Below, piece by piece: positions 28,192-36,575 of a stretch of DNA of 64,000 nt; position 1 is the first letter of the stretch; each line of letters opens with the position of its first letter. Source of the stretch: a virus (Duplodnaviria; Caudoviricetes); IMG/VR virus record IMGVR_UViG_3300025120_010521; one strand, written 5' to 3'. The notes under the pieces are model-generated. The model saw only the letters and a program-made list of their open reading frames with translations, made no database searches and was not told the DNA's origin. The position numbers and the translations under genes were made by a program.

Positions 28192-28372
28192 TATATTCTC
28201 CTTTGTAGTTTATTTTTTGTTTAGTTTGTTTATTCCATATATAATGATATGGAAATGCTTTTGGCCTTTTGTCTTTTAAACTAGCCATGGCGTGTTGGGC
28301 ATCTACTTCTGTTTCAAATTTCCAACACAATACGTCATCATGTATTCTTGGTGTGTACCAAATTTCATACAT
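28184..28372 (-). CDS. Hypothetical protein
   Basis: ORF in array. Confidence 0.55.
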   Translation of the reverse strand: MYEIWYTPRIHDDVLCWKFETEVDAQHAMASLKDKRPKAFPYHYIWNKQTKQKINYKGEYNA

Positions 28373-28713
28373 TATTTTTTCTCTTCTTCTGTTAAGCTAC
28401 TTAAAAAGTCTGGCTTTGTTTCCAAGCAATAAACTTTTAATGTTTCTTCTTTAAGTATTCTTGTGGCTTTACAATCCTTGCCTGTGATTGACGAAACAAT
28501 GTGATCAGTTGTTGTTTTCTTTCCTTCAACTGCCAATGCTGTATCAACACCTGCTTTTACTATTGTAACCGTTTTGTATGTTTGGTAAGAACTTGATGCT
28601 GTTGCTGTTGCTCCGCCACCAACTAAAAAGCTAGGGGCCGCACATCCTTGTAATAATACAAGTATAGATATCCACAACAACATTAAAAATAGTACTGGTC
28701 TTGGACTCATCAT
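28372..28713 (-). CDS. Putative lipoprotein
   Basis: Signal peptide with lipobox LQGC. Confidence 0.7.
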   Translation of the reverse strand: MMSPRPVLFLMLLWISILVLLQGCAAPSFLVGGGATATASSSYQTYKTVTIVKAGVDTALAVEGKKTTTDHIVSSITGKDCKATRILKEETLKVYCLETKPDFLSSLTEEEKK

Positions 28714-29135
28714 ACTTTTCTACCTGCTGTTTTTAAATCTTCTTTTGCTACTACCATATATGGACCTTTATTATAAGCTGGAACAATAGAGTATTGTTTA
28801 CTAACTTCAAGTCTTTCTTTGGTTTCTTTCCAACTACGTGTACCACCTCTAGTAATTCTATTGCTCAACTTAGGTTGTGGTAATGTTTGCCTAGTCATTG
28901 GTTCTGTAGTAGTTGGGTTACCTAAACTCATTTTCTGTTGTGGTTGTTTTATAGGTTTCCATTTACCTTGAACATAATCAACATACTCTTCAAAAGTCAT
29001 TTTTGACAGTTTCATTTTTGCTAAGAACTTATTATGTTTGCGAAAGCCGTCCATATACGTATGTAACGGTTTTGGCTTTTTTTTGCGCCTTGTCGTATTT
29101 AGGGTAGTAAGCCCTTGTTCTAAGTGCATTGTCAT
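28710..29135 (-). CDS. Conserved-type basic phage hypothetical protein
   Basis: C-terminal IVPAYNKGPYMVV; leaderless promoter upstream. Confidence 0.65.
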   Translation of the reverse strand: MTMHLEQGLTTLNTTRRKKKPKPLHTYMDGFRKHNKFLAKMKLSKMTFEEYVDYVQGKWKPIKQPQQKMSLGNPTTTEPMTRQTLPQPKLSNRITRGGTRSWKETKERLEVSKQYSIVPAYNKGPYMVVAKEDLKTAGRKV

Positions 29136-29141
29136 AGTATT

Positions 29142-29169
29142 AATATAGCATCAATTAGCAGATTGTCAA
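29142..29169 (-). promoter_or_regulatory. Sigma70-like promoter, leaderless
   Basis: TTGACA-N16-TATATT, ATG 6 nt downstream. Confidence 0.6.
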
Positions 29170-29209
29170 GTAAAAGATTAGTCTTTTTTGAAACAATAAG
29201 TCATTGAAA

Positions 29210-30238
29210 TTATTGACTTTTTATTTTTTTATTTTTTTCTTCTATTTGTTGCTCTGCTACAATGAATGGAGGTTTGCGTAATTTAGAGCTATGATTTAAC
29301 AAAGATAACGTTCTAGTAAAGATTTTATCAAGTTCTTTTTCTAATGATTTTTTATTATCTTCTAAATGTTTTGCAATCATAATTACACCACCTACACCAG
29401 CAACATACTCAGGAATATAAAGTACTCGCTTACTATGTAAATTATAACCTGCTTTATTACTTGCTAGTTGTCCTTCAGATACTCCTACAATGTTTAAAGC
29501 GGACGTTTCGATAGTAACACTTTTATCTAAGTAATCTACTCCATTGCAAAGTACATAAACATCAGACGGAACTTTGTGTGCTTCAGATGTACTACATGTT
29601 CCAAAATATGCATTAGCATATAATTGATTAATGTTTTCTTTATTATCATCACATACTGTAAGATTAGCTTTGTTTTTATCAATTAGTTTGGAAACTTCTT
29701 TTCCAACACTATCTAATCCTTTAACAACAACATGCTTATGTTGTAGAGACTTACTACTACTGTGAAACTGCTGAAGTGCCCTAATAGAATAAAATACTCC
29801 TTTAGCCTGAGCTTTAGAGTATGCTTCATGCTCAACATCAACTAATTGAGGTAAACTTTCTTTTAAGTAATAGTAAAATTCATACTCTAGTTCTTGACCA
29901 ATATATAAATTAATTTCATCTTTATACTGATTTGAAACAAAGTCTACAAACTTATTAATAGCCGATACTTTATTTTTATATGATTCTGTATTAATTGTAA
30001 TTACTCCAGGAGAGTAATTAATGCCAGCATACTTAAACTTTTTATCTATAGATTTAGCATACTTTATTGTATTATCAAATTGTTGATTTTTTGATGTGAA
30101 TGACTCGAATTTAATTTCTACTAAAGGTTTTTTATCGTTATCATTAGAAATTGCAATTACTGACTCAAATCCGCATTCATCATCGCTAACGTGTGATACT
30201 GAGAATTTTTCGTATCCAATTGGATCGATTTTAATCAT
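29210..30238 (-). CDS. Degenerate Glu/Leu/Phe/Val dehydrogenase-fold protein
   Basis: Collinear with LeuDH (VIAISND, AQAKGV, VVVKGLDSVG, N..VGVSEGQL, YIPEYVAGVGGVI) but catalytic motifs eroded. Confidence 0.65.
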   Translation of the reverse strand: MIKIDPIGYEKFSVSHVSDDECGFESVIAISNDNDKKPLVEIKFESFTSKNQQFDNTIKYAKSIDKKFKYAGINYSPGVITINTESYKNKVSAINKFVDFVSNQYKDEINLYIGQELEYEFYYYLKESLPQLVDVEHEAYSKAQAKGVFYSIRALQQFHSSSKSLQHKHVVVKGLDSVGKEVSKLIDKNKANLTVCDDNKENINQLYANAYFGTCSTSEAHKVPSDVYVLCNGVDYLDKSVTIETSALNIVGVSEGQLASNKAGYNLHSKRVLYIPEYVAGVGGVIMIAKHLEDNKKSLEKELDKIFTRTLSLLNHSSKLRKPPFIVAEQQIEEKNKKIKSQ

Positions 30239-30253
30239 TTTATTTGTCTCCGC

Positions 30254-30970
30254 TTATTTCTTCTCGGGTTGACTAACTGTCTGCTGTGCTTTTGTTAATT
30301 CTTCAAATTCTTTGTCTGTTACTTTTTTAATAACAAATACTAAATTTTTTTCTTTGAATGTTTTATCATCTTCACCTTTTGGATTACCATTAATAAGTTC
30401 AATTGAAAAATCTGTTGCTACTTGAATTTGAAATTTATGTCTTAAAAACAATGACGCCCATTGTTTTGCTCCCATTACCGAATAATGATTAGCCATATAT
30501 TCAATAGGTCTAAAATTATCTGGTGCAGGCATTTCAATGTATGCTTTTCCACCAGTCTTTAATACTCTACGAAATTCACCAAGTGTAAAATATGGGAAAG
30601 GTGAATGTTCTAAGCAATGTCTAACAAAAAGGAAATCAAAAGATTCATCTGCAAAAGTCATAAAAGACTGATCCATATTTTCACATTCAAAGCCTCTGTC
30701 TTTAGTTGCTTTTACATCTTCATTACTCATTGTGATGCCTTTAATATTTGTAAACCCTGCTTCTTTAAATTTTTCCATAGCATAACCTTGACCACAACCA
30801 ATATCAAGTATCGCTTGGTCTTTGTTATCGCCTAGTTGATTTTTTTCTAAGTCAGGAACTATCTGATCAATCATTTTTGTGTGCATAGCACTATCTGGTT
30901 CTGAATATACTTCACTAGATACCTTGTTTAAAAAATTTGTTATTTTTTGTAATTTATCTGTTATTTCCAT
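30254..30970 (-). CDS. Class I SAM-dependent methyltransferase
   Basis: LDIGCGQG, FDFLFVRHCLEH, RRVLKTGG. Confidence 0.88.
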   Translation of the reverse strand: MEITDKLQKITNFLNKVSSEVYSEPDSAMHTKMIDQIVPDLEKNQLGDNKDQAILDIGCGQGYAMEKFKEAGFTNIKGITMSNEDVKATKDRGFECENMDQSFMTFADESFDFLFVRHCLEHSPFPYFTLGEFRRVLKTGGKAYIEMPAPDNFRPIEYMANHYSVMGAKQWASLFLRHKFQIQVATDFSIELINGNPKGEDDKTFKEKNLVFVIKKVTDKEFEELTKAQQTVSQPEKK

Positions 30971-30992
30971 TTTTATTCTTTCTTGTGTTATT

Positions 30993-31067
30993 TGGAGCGG
31001 GTAAAGGGGTTCGAACCCTTGACCTATTCGTTGGCAACGAATCGCTCTACCACTGAGCTACACCCGC
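30993..31067 (-). tRNA. tRNA-Gly(GCC)
   Basis: Cloverleaf GCGGGTG.../ATTCG-TTGCCAA-CGAAT/GGTTCGAACC, CCA encoded. Confidence 0.95.
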
Positions 31068-31083
31068 CTAACATCATAATAAT

Positions 31084-31112
31084 ATAATACTTGTTTTCAT
31101 TAATTATGTCAA
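31084..31112 (-). promoter_or_regulatory. Sigma70-like promoter of tRNA-Gly
   Basis: TTGACA-N17-TATTAT. Confidence 0.6.
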
Positions 31113-31121
31113 CACCTATTA

Positions 31122-31517
31122 TTAATTTGCTAAAGGATTTGTTGCTTTTAATCTTACTTCTTCAATTTTAGAATCTTGTAATTCATTTACTTTTGATTGA
31201 ATTTCAATATCTTTTTGTGCTTCGGCCATTTCTGTCCATAGCTCTTCTACATCTGCCCAAAGTTCATTAATACCTTCGTCTGATTCAGAACTCATTTTAT
31301 CTTCAATTATTTTGATTCTATCAATTACTTCGACTCTGATGTTAGCAATTTTATCATTTACAGATGTAAGATCTACTGTTTGATTTACAATAAAATCTTT
31401 ATTTTCAATTGCTGATAGTCTTGTATTAAATTCACCCCATGCGTAGAATCCACCACCAATTGCACCTATTACACCAATAAGCGATGCATAAGTTGTTAGT
31501 TTATCAATTATTTTCAT
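31122..31517 (-). CDS. N-terminal TM + coiled-coil protein
   Basis: LIGVIGAIGGGFYAWGEF followed by heptad-rich helix. Confidence 0.7.
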   Translation of the reverse strand: MKIIDKLTTYASLIGVIGAIGGGFYAWGEFNTRLSAIENKDFIVNQTVDLTSVNDKIANIRVEVIDRIKIIEDKMSSESDEGINELWADVEELWTEMAEAQKDIEIQSKVNELQDSKIEEVRLKATNPLAN

Positions 31518-33366
31518 TTCTAAGTACCTCTAATTCGGCTTGTAGCCTTGCTATATCGTTGTTTACTTTATTTACCTTTAGTTCGTGCTGTGCCACAGGA
31601 TCTGACTGTATATAAGAAGTTAATGTAACATCTTGGTATATTGACCTATTATATGCCATTAATATAGTATCTTCAGCATACCAATCTGGATTGTCTTGTA
31701 GTTTTCTTGTGTCATAAAACTGTTGGTTTGCGTATTCAGTTATGTCAGGTTGATCTTCAATCATACCTTGTAATGTTACAATTGATATAACTTTTAATTT
31801 CTGATCAAGTGTTTTTAATTTTGATTCTAATTTTTTAAGTACTTTTTCCACTTTGGCTTGAATTTCGCTAACTTCTGATTCTACACTATCGGTATCAACA
31901 CTTGCATCTGCACCATCTTGTTCATCAGTGGATGCTTCTTCGTTACCGTCTTCCACTGACTCTTCTTCATTACCAGTGGACTCTTCTTGTTCAGTTGTTT
32001 CAGCTTCTTCTGATTCCGTAGACTCAGTTTCACTCTCTGTGCTTTCAGCTTCCGTTTCTGACGGTTCAGACTCTGTCGATGTTTCAGTACTAGGTTCACT
32101 TTCAGTTGTTTCCGTTTCTGTAGTTGGTTCTGATTCTGTTTCAACTGTTTCTTCACTAGTATTTACTGTTTCAGATTCTGTTGTAGGTTCTTCTTCTACT
32201 ACTGGACTTTCTTCAATTGGTGCTTCTTCTTCAACTGTTGGTTCTTCCACAGTAGGTTCTTCTTCTGTAGGTGTTGCAAATTCTTCTGTGACCATTTCTG
32301 TTACTGCTTCAAAAAACTGTTCTTCTGTAATGCCTTCTTCAACCAATGCTTCTTCAAACGTTTCTGTTAATCCTTCTTCTTCAAGTATCGCTGTAAAGTT
32401 CTCTTCAAATGATTCCTGGAATGCCTGTTGTTCGATCTCTACTGTTGGTTCTTCAATTGTAGGTTCCGCTACTTCAACTGTAGGTTCTTCAACAGCAATT
32501 TCTTCAACACCTTCCACTATTTCTTCAATAGGAATGTTTTCAATGATGTTTTCTACTTCTTCAATGGCTTCATTTGCTTCTTCAATCTCTTCTTCTTGTT
32601 CTACAGTTAATGGTGTGTAATCAATATCAGCTATTGTCATTTCTAATGCCGCACCTATTAAATTTGGTCCTTGTAGGCCACTGGTGTTACTTGAATTATT
32701 GCCATCTGTACCTGTCCATTGCCAGTCAAAGTTTCTAGAACCTTCTCCTGTGTATGTTACTGAATCTTGGTGTATAGCTGTATTACTATTGTAACCAGCG
32801 TCTGTGTTCCTTGTTTGCTCTACTGTGGCCAATACATTGCCACTGGCATCTTTGATTTCTACTTTAACTGTAAATGAGTCTTGGGCACCTGCAGATGATC
32901 CACATTTGTAACTTGAACTTTGCCATTCACAGTTCTGCTGTTCTGTGGTTGACTTTAGTGTAACACCACCATCTAGCATCTGTGCATCTGTTGTAGTTGT
33001 GCCACCGTTTTGTTTGTCTACTGTGATGTTCTCTAATGATCCTGATGTGCCTATTGTTATGTTACCATTTGATTCTATATCTTTGGTTCCAGCAGTTCCC
33101 CATTCTTTACCTGTACCTGATCTTACATCAAACCCTTGATTGGTCGTATCACCTTGTTGGTATGCTGGTTGATTACTGCCTGAACAACCTATACCTGCAG
33201 GTCCATTACCACTTGCTCTGTTGTTCGTACAGGCTTGGTTGCCTGTGTTAGGCAGTAAGTTTCCTGATGTGGCCGTTTCCGCATAAACGTCTGTGTTCTG
33301 CACAAAGGCTTGAATAGCCATCAGTGCTAGTATAAAGAAAAGCGACTGTTTCCAACGTTTAATCAT
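31504..33366 (-). CDS. Exported protein with a long acidic E/T/S-rich repeat stalk
   Basis: Signal peptide, Cys-containing N-terminal beta domain, ~250 aa E/T/S/P-rich region, C-terminal coiled coil. Confidence 0.8.
   Translation of the reverse strand: MIKRWKQSLFFILALMAIQAFVQNTDVYAETATSGNLLPNTGNQACTNNRASGNGPAGIGCSGSNQPAYQQGDTTNQGFDVRSGTGKEWGTAGTKDIESNGNITIGTSGSLENITVDKQNGGTTTTDAQMLDGGVTLKSTTEQQNCEWQSSSYKCGSSAGAQDSFTVKVEIKDASGNVLATVEQTRNTDAGYNSNTAIHQDSVTYTGEGSRNFDWQWTGTDGNNSSNTSGLQGPNLIGAALEMTIADIDYTPLTVEQEEEIEEANEAIEEVENIIENIPIEEIVEGVEEIAVEEPTVEVAEPTIEEPTVEIEQQAFQESFEENFTAILEEEGLTETFEEALVEEGITEEQFFEAVTEMVTEEFATPTEEEPTVEEPTVEEEAPIEESPVVEEEPTTESETVNTSEETVETESEPTTETETTESEPSTETSTESEPSETEAESTESETESTESEEAETTEQEESTGNEEESVEDGNEEASTDEQDGADASVDTDSVESEVSEIQAKVEKVLKKLESKLKTLDQKLKVISIVTLQGMIEDQPDITEYANQQFYDTRKLQDNPDWYAEDTILMAYNRSIYQDVTLTSYIQSDPVAQHELKVNKVNNDIARLQAELEVLRNENN
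31900..32600 (-). repeat. Degenerate EEPTVE/ETES coding repeats
   Basis: Repeated gtaggttcttc/gttggttcttc units on the + strand. Confidence 0.7.
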
Positions 33367-33425
33367 TTATAGTGCAACTCCAAAAAGAACTAATCCTATA
33401 ACCACCATTAATGGTTTAATTAAAT

Positions 33426-34313
33426 TTAATCCTTTTTTTTAGCGTCTACTTCATTTATTATAGAATCAGTATGCGGTGCAATTGGCTCTATTATAACCTT
33501 ATCAGTTGTAATAGTTGTTTCTGCTTTTGGCATAAGTGCTTCTGCTTCTTTGGCATTAGCTTCCGCTTGTTCTAATAACTCTGCTTGTAACTTTTGTAAC
33601 TCTTTAATTTGCTTCTCTAAATTTTTGTTGTCTTTTGCAATTTGTTTTATGTTTACTTTTAAAGTTTCATTTTCTTCAAGTACGCCTTCGTCTTTCATAA
33701 TACGTTCATCAATTTCTAAACGTGTATCCATTTTTTCAACATACTTATCGTAATCTGGTCTTTCAATATCGTATTTGTCCCATTGTGCTTTTGCATCTTT
33801 ACCAATCTTACCTTCAAAAGGACATGGCGTACCTGCTTGTTCCATTGATTCAAACACACGTGGATCTTGGCAGAGTATAGCAACTGCGGCAACCTTCATA
33901 CCATAATCGTTCAATAATTTTGACAGTTTCATACGTTCACAATTCATATCTCTTGCAGTTGAACCACCTGATAAACCAACACCTGGTAATTGTAAACCAC
34001 CTGATCTACCAACTGCACAAACATCTTGTGAATAAGCACTCATACTTGGTGCACCTGCACTTGGAACTGGTATAGTGTTTTTGTTATTTGTTGTATTAGT
34101 AGTATCGTTGTTGGTAGTAGAATTGCTAGAAGATCCTGACTGATATGTTGTTGTAGTTTCAGCCGCATAACCACCTGATATAGTAGTGTTTGACCCTGAT
34201 GTGTTTGTTTGTGAATTTGTAGTTGCACCTGAGTTTGTAACATCTGCATAAGCAGATAATGATACAAAACCAAAAAGTGTGGCGATCGCAATTGTTCTTA
34301 TAAAATTGTACAT
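33426..34313 (-). CDS. Exported Cys-rich protein with T/N-rich N-terminus; -1 frame extension to 33367 adds a TM anchor
   Basis: Signal peptide, CAVG..CER..LC..PCP, coiled coil; A8GG at 33431-33440. Confidence 0.8.
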   Translation of the reverse strand: MYNFIRTIAIATLFGFVSLSAYADVTNSGATTNSQTNTSGSNTTISGGYAAETTTTYQSGSSSNSTTNNDTTNTTNNKNTIPVPSAGAPSMSAYSQDVCAVGRSGGLQLPGVGLSGGSTARDMNCERMKLSKLLNDYGMKVAAVAILCQDPRVFESMEQAGTPCPFEGKIGKDAKAQWDKYDIERPDYDKYVEKMDTRLEIDERIMKDEGVLEENETLKVNIKQIAKDNKNLEKQIKELQKLQAELLEQAEANAKEAEALMPKAETTITTDKVIIEPIAPHTDSIINEVDAKKKD

Positions 34314-34415
34314 ATGAATTTTTTCTCTCTACTGTTAAACTCATATGTATTTAATTATAACGTACTTTAAGTTAAGTACTGTTTTATTGCATAAATTAGT
34401 ATAAAGGTGTTTATT

Positions 34416-34610
34416 TTAGTGTTTTTCGCAAAAATCTTTTGATGCTGATAAACCACCTTCTTTACCATAGACCCATACGTAACTTGATACTGTACTGCCA
34501 TCTTCGTTGACGTTACATTTTTTACCAAATGACATTCTTGGATCTTTAGGTACTATTGAACAACCTGTAAATAATATTACTGTTGCTAATATTAGTAGTG
34601 TTTTTCCCAT
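34416..34610 (-). CDS. Small lipoprotein
   Basis: Lipobox FTGC, two further Cys. Confidence 0.75.
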   Translation of the reverse strand: MGKTLLILATVILFTGCSIVPKDPRMSFGKKCNVNEDGSTVSSYVWVYGKEGGLSASKDFCEKH

Positions 34611-34619
34611 GTTTTCTCC

Positions 34620-35825
34620 TTAGTTAAATTTTTTATATATTTCTTTTAGACAGTCTATAAAGTAATCAACTTCTTGTTTAGTACTATATACTCCTGTAGA
34701 TATTCTACATGATCCTGACCAACCTATTTGCTTATGTAACATTTGTGTACAATGATGTCCTGGTCGTGTAGCAATACCATATGTATCTAAAAACATTGCC
34801 ATATCTTGGTGATGTATATTGCCAATATTAAAAGATATCACTGCACTACGTTTATCTGTACCAATAAATTTCATGTCTGGTAATTCAGACATTCTTTGAT
34901 AAGCATAATTTATTACTTCCTCTTCATGCTTGACCATTTCATTAAAACCTGTTTCTACATAAAAATCTAATGCTTCATTTAGCCCTACTATTTCTGTAAC
35001 TGCTAAAGTTCCTGCTTCCCATTTTTTAGAACCTGTAGCAAAATTAACATCATCATGTGTTACTGACTCTATCATTCCGCCGCCACCAAGTGCTGGATCT
35101 AACTCATCAATCCATTTACGTTTTGCATACATGACTCCAATTCCGCTTGGGCCATACATCTTGTGTCCACTCATTGCATAAAAATCACAATCCAAATCTT
35201 GCATATCAATTTTAATATGTGGTGCACCTTGTGTACCATCGACTGCAACTGCAATATTATGTTTATGTGCAATATCACAAACACGTTTTATATCTACTGT
35301 TTGTCCTGTTGTATTTGACACATGAGTAATTGCAATAATTTTTGTTTTGTCTGATATAAGTGATTCTAATTGATCAATATCTACTTGATGTTGGTCATTT
35401 ACTTTTAAGAACTTAATCACTGACTTGTTAAATTTTCTTTGCAGATGCCATGGTATATAATTAGAATGATGCTCTACTTCCGTTGTAATTATTTCATCAC
35501 CTGGTTGCATTGTTCTACCAAATGCTGTCGAAACCACATTAATTGCTTCTGTGGCTGATTTGGTGAAAACAATTTCTTCTTTATCTTTTGCATTTATAAA
35601 ATCTGCGACTGACTGTCTACTTTTTTCTACTAATGCTGTTGCATGATTTGATAATTCGTGTATGCTTCTTCCAACACTTGAATATTCTTCAGTCATGAAT
35701 CTACTCATTCTATCAATCACACGTTGTGGTTTTTGTGAAGAATTGGCACTGTCAAAATACACTAATGGCTTGCCACTAGGTAACTTCTTATTCAATATTG
35801 GAAATTGTGATCTAATATGTTCCAT
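34620..35825 (-). CDS. sufS: Cysteine desulfurase, SufS type
   Basis: YFDSANSSQKP, EHHSN, AMSGHKMYGP (PLP Lys), RPGHHCTQ (catalytic Cys). Confidence 0.93.
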   Translation of the reverse strand: MEHIRSQFPILNKKLPSGKPLVYFDSANSSQKPQRVIDRMSRFMTEEYSSVGRSIHELSNHATALVEKSRQSVADFINAKDKEEIVFTKSATEAINVVSTAFGRTMQPGDEIITTEVEHHSNYIPWHLQRKFNKSVIKFLKVNDQHQVDIDQLESLISDKTKIIAITHVSNTTGQTVDIKRVCDIAHKHNIAVAVDGTQGAPHIKIDMQDLDCDFYAMSGHKMYGPSGIGVMYAKRKWIDELDPALGGGGMIESVTHDDVNFATGSKKWEAGTLAVTEIVGLNEALDFYVETGFNEMVKHEEEVINYAYQRMSELPDMKFIGTDKRSAVISFNIGNIHHQDMAMFLDTYGIATRPGHHCTQMLHKQIGWSGSCRISTGVYSTKQEVDYFIDCLKEIYKKFN

Positions 35826-35836
35826 AAAAATCTTTC

Positions 35837-35912
35837 TGGTGGAGGATACAGGGATCGAACCTGCTACCTCCTGAATGCAAATCAGGCGCTCTCCCAGATG
35901 AGCTAATCCCCC
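35837..35912 (-). tRNA. tRNA-Ala(TGC)
   Basis: G3:U70 acceptor pair, CCTGA-TTTGCAT-TCAGG, CCA encoded. Confidence 0.95.
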
Positions 35913-35932
35913 AGGTTGTAAACAGTATATAT

Positions 35933-36157
35933 TTATTTTGTTTCATTGTCAAGTTTTTCAAGCTCTTTTGTAATTTCTTTTTGTTGTTTTATACTTTCTT
36001 CTTCTTTAATCTTTTCACATTCTTGTGGAGCAAACATACATCCTAATACTCTAGATATAGATCCATCAAATATAGAAGCAGAAGGAGGTGCTGATTGTAC
36101 TGTAGGTTGTTTAGCCGTACAAGAGGCAAGTATCAACAATAATAGTATATACTTCAT
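35933..36157 (-). CDS. Small lipoprotein
   Basis: Lipobox LASC. Confidence 0.7.
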   Translation of the reverse strand: MKYILLLLILASCTAKQPTVQSAPPSASIFDGSISRVLGCMFAPQECEKIKEEESIKQQKEITKELEKLDNETK

Positions 36158-36160
36158 AAA

Positions 36161-36364
36161 CTACGCCGAGTGTTTTGGCATTTTTTTTTCTACAAACCAA
36201 ACATGTTTTTTAATTACAGGATCATATTTTCGTTGTCTTATTTTCATTGTTCTTTTTTCACCTTTGGTAGGTTTACGAACATAGTATCTTGTTCCTGTAT
36301 CTGGTTTGTTTTCTTCTGGTACTAGCATTTTTAATTCAAATGTTTTCTTACTACTTTTTGCCAT
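36161..36364 (-). CDS. rpmG: 50S ribosomal protein bL33 (Cys-free form)
   Basis: TGTRYYVRK...RKYDPVIKKHVWFVEKK. Confidence 0.88.
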   Translation of the reverse strand: MAKSSKKTFELKMLVPEENKPDTGTRYYVRKPTKGEKRTMKIRQRKYDPVIKKHVWFVEKKMPKHSA

Positions 36365-36575
36365 CGAAATCTTCTTCTAACTTTTTAAGTTTTTTATCAA
36401 TTTTTTTATTTAATTTATCAACTTGTTTATTTAATTGGTCCAAATTTTGCATATATTCATTAAACTTACCTAAGGGTAAAATATTATCTAAGGTTTTGAA
36501 CTCTTTTTGGTCCATTACTTTTTTAATATATAACGGGTGCCTTTTTAAATCAATTATGTTACTCTTTTTGATCAT
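36351..36575 (-). CDS. Hypothetical coiled-coil protein
   Basis: ORF in array. Confidence 0.55.
   Translation of the reverse strand: MIKKSNIIDLKRHPLYIKKVMDQKEFKTLDNILPLGKFNEYMQNLDQLNKQVDKLNKKIDKKLKKLEEDFDGKK

Noticed and set aside
31900-32600. CRISPR-like or VNTR array
   Set aside because: The repeats are degenerate, in frame and coding, with no constant repeat-spacer period.
31928-32620. 230-aa Ser/Val-rich + strand ORF
   Set aside because: It is the mirror of the GAA/ACT-rich acidic repeat on the minus strand; stop-free only because of the repeat.
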